Shown in pieces: positions 6,702 through 10,235 of a DNA stretch of 10,235 nucleotides. Made by a program: the position numbers and the translations under genes. The notes below the pieces were generated by a model. That model worked only from the letters and a program-made list of their open reading frames with translations, had not been told where the DNA came from and ran no database searches. Source of the DNA: Candidatus Moanibacter sp. (lineage in GTDB: Bacteria > Verrucomicrobiota > Verrucomicrobiia > Opitutales > UBA2987). Numbering within the stretch: the stretch's first letter is position 1; each line of letters begins with the position of its first letter. The stretch lies in contig CBDCEW010000015.1 of NCBI GenBank assembly GCA_965215885.1, positions 1-10,235 of the forward strand, written 5' to 3'.

Positions 6702-6952
6702 ATCCCGAAAGGTGAAAGGCCGCACTCCAACAGCGGGATTGGAGACCGAATTGAGAAGGGCGAAATGCATACCCAGTCGCTCGGTACGCCAGGGAACTCG
6801 ATTGCGATTACAGCCCAGACAAATATGCCCAATAGTACAAAAAAGCAGATTCCGAAAGTTCTGAGAAAGAGAGTAATTAAGAGACCTTTCAGCTTTGAAC
6901 GGTCCACCTTCTGAGGTGGCCTGGAAGCGTCACTGCTGATGCGCCTCATCAT
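6692..6952 (-). CDS. Hypothetical membrane protein (86 aa)
   Basis: MMRRISSD...KLKGLLITLFLRTFGICFFVLLGIFVWAVIAIEFPG...; basic N-terminus followed by a long hydrophobic stretch. Start overlaps the last codons of the upstream gene. Confidence 0.5.
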   Translation of the reverse strand: MMRRISSDASRPPQKVDRSKLKGLLITLFLRTFGICFFVLLGIFVWAVIAIEFPGVPSDWVCISPFSIRSPIPLLECGLSPFGICR

Positions 6953-7583
6953 GTACTTTTTCATCGTTCCAGTAAGTTGGCTGTTGGCTGGCCGGCTTGC
7001 AGTAGAATCGCATGGTGACGCTTCCAGCATTTTCCTGGCACAGCATGTAATGTTCGGGTTTCTCAAATCTTGCGATCGGGCCTCTTGCGCTTAGTTTGCC
7101 GCCCCAGTCACACGTGGTTGGATCGAATGCAGCCGAATGAACAACCGTGCCCTGATCAAAATAGACAACCGCGCATGGTTTTGCCGAGTTTCCCACGCAG
7201 CCGCATCCGTTTGCGTTGTTTTGCGCAGTATAGCCCTTTCTTGTCAATTCCTGTTCAATCTCATCGGTTTCAATAGTAGTTGTATCGCTGCCGCCCCAAA
7301 GAGGCGCACGTGGTGTCAGTTTCCCAATGGTGTATTCAGAGCAGTTATAACTTTTCCTGGGTTCGGTTTCGCTCGCTTTCAATATCCAGCGTTTGCACCG
7401 TGCGTCCCAGTGCCATTTATTCGTATCGTATCGGCGATTATAGGGTCGAAGGGATCGAGGTCGGCGTTGAAAAAACCGTCTTATGGTCCCGATAAATCTG
7501 GATATGAAGTTTGAAAGATTAGAGACGATATCTCTTATCCACTTTCCTATACCGCTAAAAGTGTCTAGTATGAACTTTAACAT
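6930..7583 (-). CDS. Hypothetical protein with putative papain-like Cys-His catalytic domain (217 aa)
   Basis: SD-like AAGGA 7 nt before ATG 7583. Motifs YNC ... VVYFDQGTVVHSA ... WGGKLS..GPI. N-terminal amphipathic helix. Confidence 0.7.
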   Translation of the reverse strand: MLKFILDTFSGIGKWIRDIVSNLSNFISRFIGTIRRFFQRRPRSLRPYNRRYDTNKWHWDARCKRWILKASETEPRKSYNCSEYTIGKLTPRAPLWGGSDTTTIETDEIEQELTRKGYTAQNNANGCGCVGNSAKPCAVVYFDQGTVVHSAAFDPTTCDWGGKLSARGPIARFEKPEHYMLCQENAGSVTMRFYCKPASQQPTYWNDEKVHDEAHQQ

Positions 7584-7683
7584 CAATATGTCCTTATTTT
7601 CTGCACTGTGCTTGCGGTCTCAAGCCCGTTCTGGTGGTTTCTATACCGTGAAAGCGCCTTTTCATGACGGTTTTGCCGGGCGT

Positions 7684-8047
<364 letters not shown>

Positions 8048-8070
8048 ACGCTTGAATTCGGGGTTGTGTG

Positions 8071-8098
8071 AAGTTAGAGGATATGCGGAATGTGTCAA
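8071..8098 (-). promoter_or_regulatory. Sigma70-type promoter for tRNA-Asp
   Basis: Minus strand TTGACA (8098-8093), 16-nt spacer, TAACTT (8076-8071), about 23 nt upstream of the tRNA 5' end. Confidence 0.65.
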
Positions 8099-8127
8099 GT
8101 GGTGTTTGGGGAAGGAGCCAAATGACT

Positions 8128-8158
8128 GGATTGCTTCGTCATTCTTCCTCGCAATGAC
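8128..8158. repeat. REP-like unit GGATTGCTTCGTC-N-CCTCGCAATGAC
   Basis: Matches a widespread GTCATTGCGAG...GAAGCAATCC repeat type recalled from other bacteria. Single copy in this window. Confidence 0.55.
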
Positions 8159-8208
8159 ATGTTTGGACGTTCGTTGTTGGATGTTTAATCAAGCCGAGAT
8201 GCGACATT

Positions 8209-8370
8209 AGATCACGATTGAGAGGCACGATGGGAAAGGGAAAACTGTTAGATCCTCTATGGCGGGTCATTTACCGTAATCTAAATTCGTTTTTTCAATC
8301 AACGACCGCAGATCACGATTGAGAGCACGACAAGAGATCGCTGGGAGGGTTCGTCATCTGTCGTGATCTA
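8209..8370. repeat. AGATCACGATTGAGA hairpin repeat cluster 2
   Basis: Copies start at 8209 and 8310 (101 bp apart). Degenerate inverted arms end at ~8283 (CGTAATCTA) and 8370 (TCGTGATCTA). Confidence 0.8.
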
Positions 8371-8552
8371 AGGTCGTTCTTTGGTTTGTCTCGATCCCCT
8401 TTTCCACAATCCGTGGTTTTCTAAAATCCGTGGGCTACTCTTCCTCTCATATTATTCTTCGTTTCTCATTTTTTCCTTCTGTTCAACTTTCCGTGGTCCT
8501 CTGTGCTTCTTGGTGGATCTCTGTGACCCTCTTCCGTCTTAAAAGAAAAATC

Positions 8553-8579
8553 ATCGAAAAGCTCCCGCTTTCCGCTACA
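8553..8579 (+). promoter_or_regulatory. 27-bp promoter-like motif upstream of the vWA gene (copy 1)
   Basis: ATCGAAAAGCTCCCGCTTTCCGCTACA, identical to 10194-10220. Layout TCGAAA-N16-TACAGT. Confidence 0.55.
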
Positions 8580-8625
8580 GTGCGCATTCGCGTGTGTATG
8601 TATTTTTCAGGAAATCGATAATTCG

Positions 8626-9759
8626 ATGAGTCCGGATCGTGTCAGAAATGGGGTGGGGAACCGGCTCCGGGTGATTCCTTCGCTGAAAATTGGACCTTTC
8701 GCGATTGCGTTGGCGCTTCAGGGAATCCTGCTTTTGGGCACCGCATTTGTTGTTGTCTTCGTTCCGAGCATGAAGACGGAGCCGGAATTCAGCACGAGGA
8801 AGACGATCTATCTGCCGCAGCGGGAGCTCGAACACCGCATGGCGGTTGCGGAACACGAACAGGCGGTCAGTCCACCGGTCATGCTGGAGAAATTGACGAC
8901 TGCCGCCCTCTTGCCGGATACCCTTCCAAAGCTTCCCTCTATGCCGAGGATCGAGTACAATTTCAACGATGATTCGAATCCTGCGGCAGAGATGGATGTC
9001 CTGCTCGGTGTGTCCGGTTTGAACGCGGCTCTGAGAGCGCTGAATTCGGAGACTTCGAGGGCATCTCTTTTCGGTATCGAAGATTCGGGAGAGCGTATCC
9101 TCCTTCTTTTCGATGACGGGGGTTCGGTGATTAACAAAGCGCGAAGGAGCGGAGTGCCGATATCTGCAATCCGAAAGGAAGCCATAAGGGTGATCGATGG
9201 ACTCAATGCGAACACCCTTTTCGGGTTGATTCGCTTTGTCCGGCGGGTTGGGACTTTTCAGGACGTTCTCGTGCCTGCCACTCGGGAGAACAAACGGATA
9301 GTTAATGAGTGGATTGAAAATAGGTTGGCCACCGGTAAGAAGAAACGCACCGATTTGACGGTTGCCGGTAGCGGCGTGGAGGCAGCTTTGGAGGTCGCCT
9401 TCCAAATGGAGCCGGATGTCATCTTTTTGCTGTCCGACGCCGGTTTCCAACGTTATGCGGCGGTCACCGGGAAAGGAGAAGAGGTGCCCTGGGATGACGT
9501 TTCGGATGCCCTGAGGCGCCTGCGAAGAGAAGCGTCTAAGAACGTGCGGGTAAACTTTATCGGGTTTCAGGTAAGGGACGATGATCGTAAGGAAATGCGC
9601 CGGCTGACGAGAAGGACGGGGGGAAGTATCGGGAGTTTTGATGGCTGGAATCAGGAGAACCGCGGATGGACGCAGATGGACGCTAATGGTGGAGGAAGGG
9701 TCATGGATTGGAGAAGAAGGTGTCAGGTGTCAGCTGTGACTTGCTTCGATTCGGAATAG
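8626..9759 (+). CDS. Membrane-anchored von Willebrand factor A (vWA)-domain protein
   Basis: N-terminal TM (FAIALALQGILLLGTAFVVVFVP), Pro-rich linker, then LFGIEDSGERILLLFDDGGSV, FGLIRF, EAALEVAFQMEPDVIFLLSDAG, VNFIGF, MRRLTRRTGG, the typical vWA sequence of elements. Confidence 0.85.
   Translation: MSPDRVRNGVGNRLRVIPSLKIGPFAIALALQGILLLGTAFVVVFVPSMKTEPEFSTRKTIYLPQRELEHRMAVAEHEQAVSPPVMLEKLTTAALLPDTLPKLPSMPRIEYNFNDDSNPAAEMDVLLGVSGLNAALRALNSETSRASLFGIEDSGERILLLFDDGGSVINKARRSGVPISAIRKEAIRVIDGLNANTLFGLIRFVRRVGTFQDVLVPATRENKRIVNEWIENRLATGKKKRTDLTVAGSGVEAALEVAFQMEPDVIFLLSDAGFQRYAAVTGKGEEVPWDDVSDALRRLRREASKNVRVNFIGFQVRDDDRKEMRRLTRRTGGSIGSFDGWNQENRGWTQMDANGGGRVMDWRRRCQVSAVTCFDSE
9658..9687. repeat. 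CGCGGATGGA-type 10-bp-period repeat inside the vWA 3' end
   Basis: AACCGCGGATGGACGCAGATGGA (9658-9680) is the reverse complement of 4368-4390 at 20/23 positions. Confidence 0.75.
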
Positions 9760-9860
9760 AGTTGCCTGAGAAGCAAGAGCTGAATTCGAAATTCGGACAG
9801 AAACGTCCTAACGGATTCCGGATGCTTGGAGGGCCCTCCAGAGTTGCCGTAGGGATATTC

Positions 9861-9889
9861 GCCCGCTAAACACGCGAAAGAACGCGAAA
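9861..9889. repeat. GCCCGCTAAA-(N-ACGCGAAA)2 repeat
   Basis: Inverted counterpart of 851-880. Confidence 0.75.
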
Positions 9890-10193
9890 TTGAGAGAGCC
9901 CTCTTGGTTAGAGTGGAGAAGCTTCGAGTTCATTTAGGGAAGGTTAGTGCAATGCGTGATTATTCGCGCAAAACGATTGGGGTGAAACTCTATCAATTCA
10001 CGCATCTAAAACCAAGTCGGCATTAAATCTTGGACCGACAGATTTTCTATCCGTGGTACTGCGGAGCTCCCGGCGGGCCGGGATGGGCCACTTTTCCTCT
10101 CCGTTTCTCTCTGTTTCCTCCTGTTCGATTCTCTTCTCCGTGTGAGGACCAATCCGTTCCGCTGCGGCCGAAGTATTTCTTTAAAGGAATAAT

Positions 10194-10220
10194 ATCGAAA
10201 AGCTCCCGCTTTCCGCTACA
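10194..10220 (+). promoter_or_regulatory. 27-bp promoter-like motif (copy 2), presumably upstream of the next gene outside the window
   Basis: Exact repeat of 8553-8579. Layout TCGAAA-N16-TACATT. Confidence 0.55.
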
Positions 10221-10235
10221 TTCGCGTCAATCTGT

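Noticed and set aside
6217..6914. Plus-strand ORFs 6217-6462 and 6432-6914
   Set aside because: Antisense to the SD-supported Cys-rich gene and the co-oriented minus-strand run; no motifs or SD.
6264..7620. Integron cassette array (attC sites between small ORFs)
   Set aside because: No convincing RYYYAAC...GTTRRRY paired sites found by eye, the ORFs overlap each other, and no integrase is present.
8575..9450. 291-aa and 135-aa antisense ORFs over the vWA gene
   Set aside because: Shadow frames of the vWA gene.

Overview
A bacterial accessory region, inferred to come from Verrucomicrobiota (Opitutia-like) from the cyclophilin C-terminal domain, the vWA protein type and the style of the intergenic repeats. 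Genes: 5' part of an MTA/SAH nucleosidase (mtnN, not in the ORF track), a small holin-like membrane protein, a large secreted cyclophilin-type PPIase, an orphan DegT/DnrJ/EryC1/StrS aminotransferase, tRNA-Asp(GTC) and a membrane-anchored vWA protein. Between the aminotransferase and the tRNA 3' end is a ~1.8 kb, visibly more AT-rich islet. It holds a truncated PAC2-like fragment, a putative papain-fold (Cys-His) protein, an overlapping membrane protein and a 53-aa four-Cys protein missed by the ORF track, and it ends in three back-to-back palindromes, one a perfect 40-mer. The intergenic DNA is dense with non-coding elements: two related CTAG-ended MITEs (one supplies the upstream-most mtnN ATG), GTAG-type REPs, a hairpin repeat with 101-bp spacing at two loci, short-period repeats in both orientations, and a duplicated 27-bp promoter-like motif. 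All family assignments are from motif recognition, not database searches.
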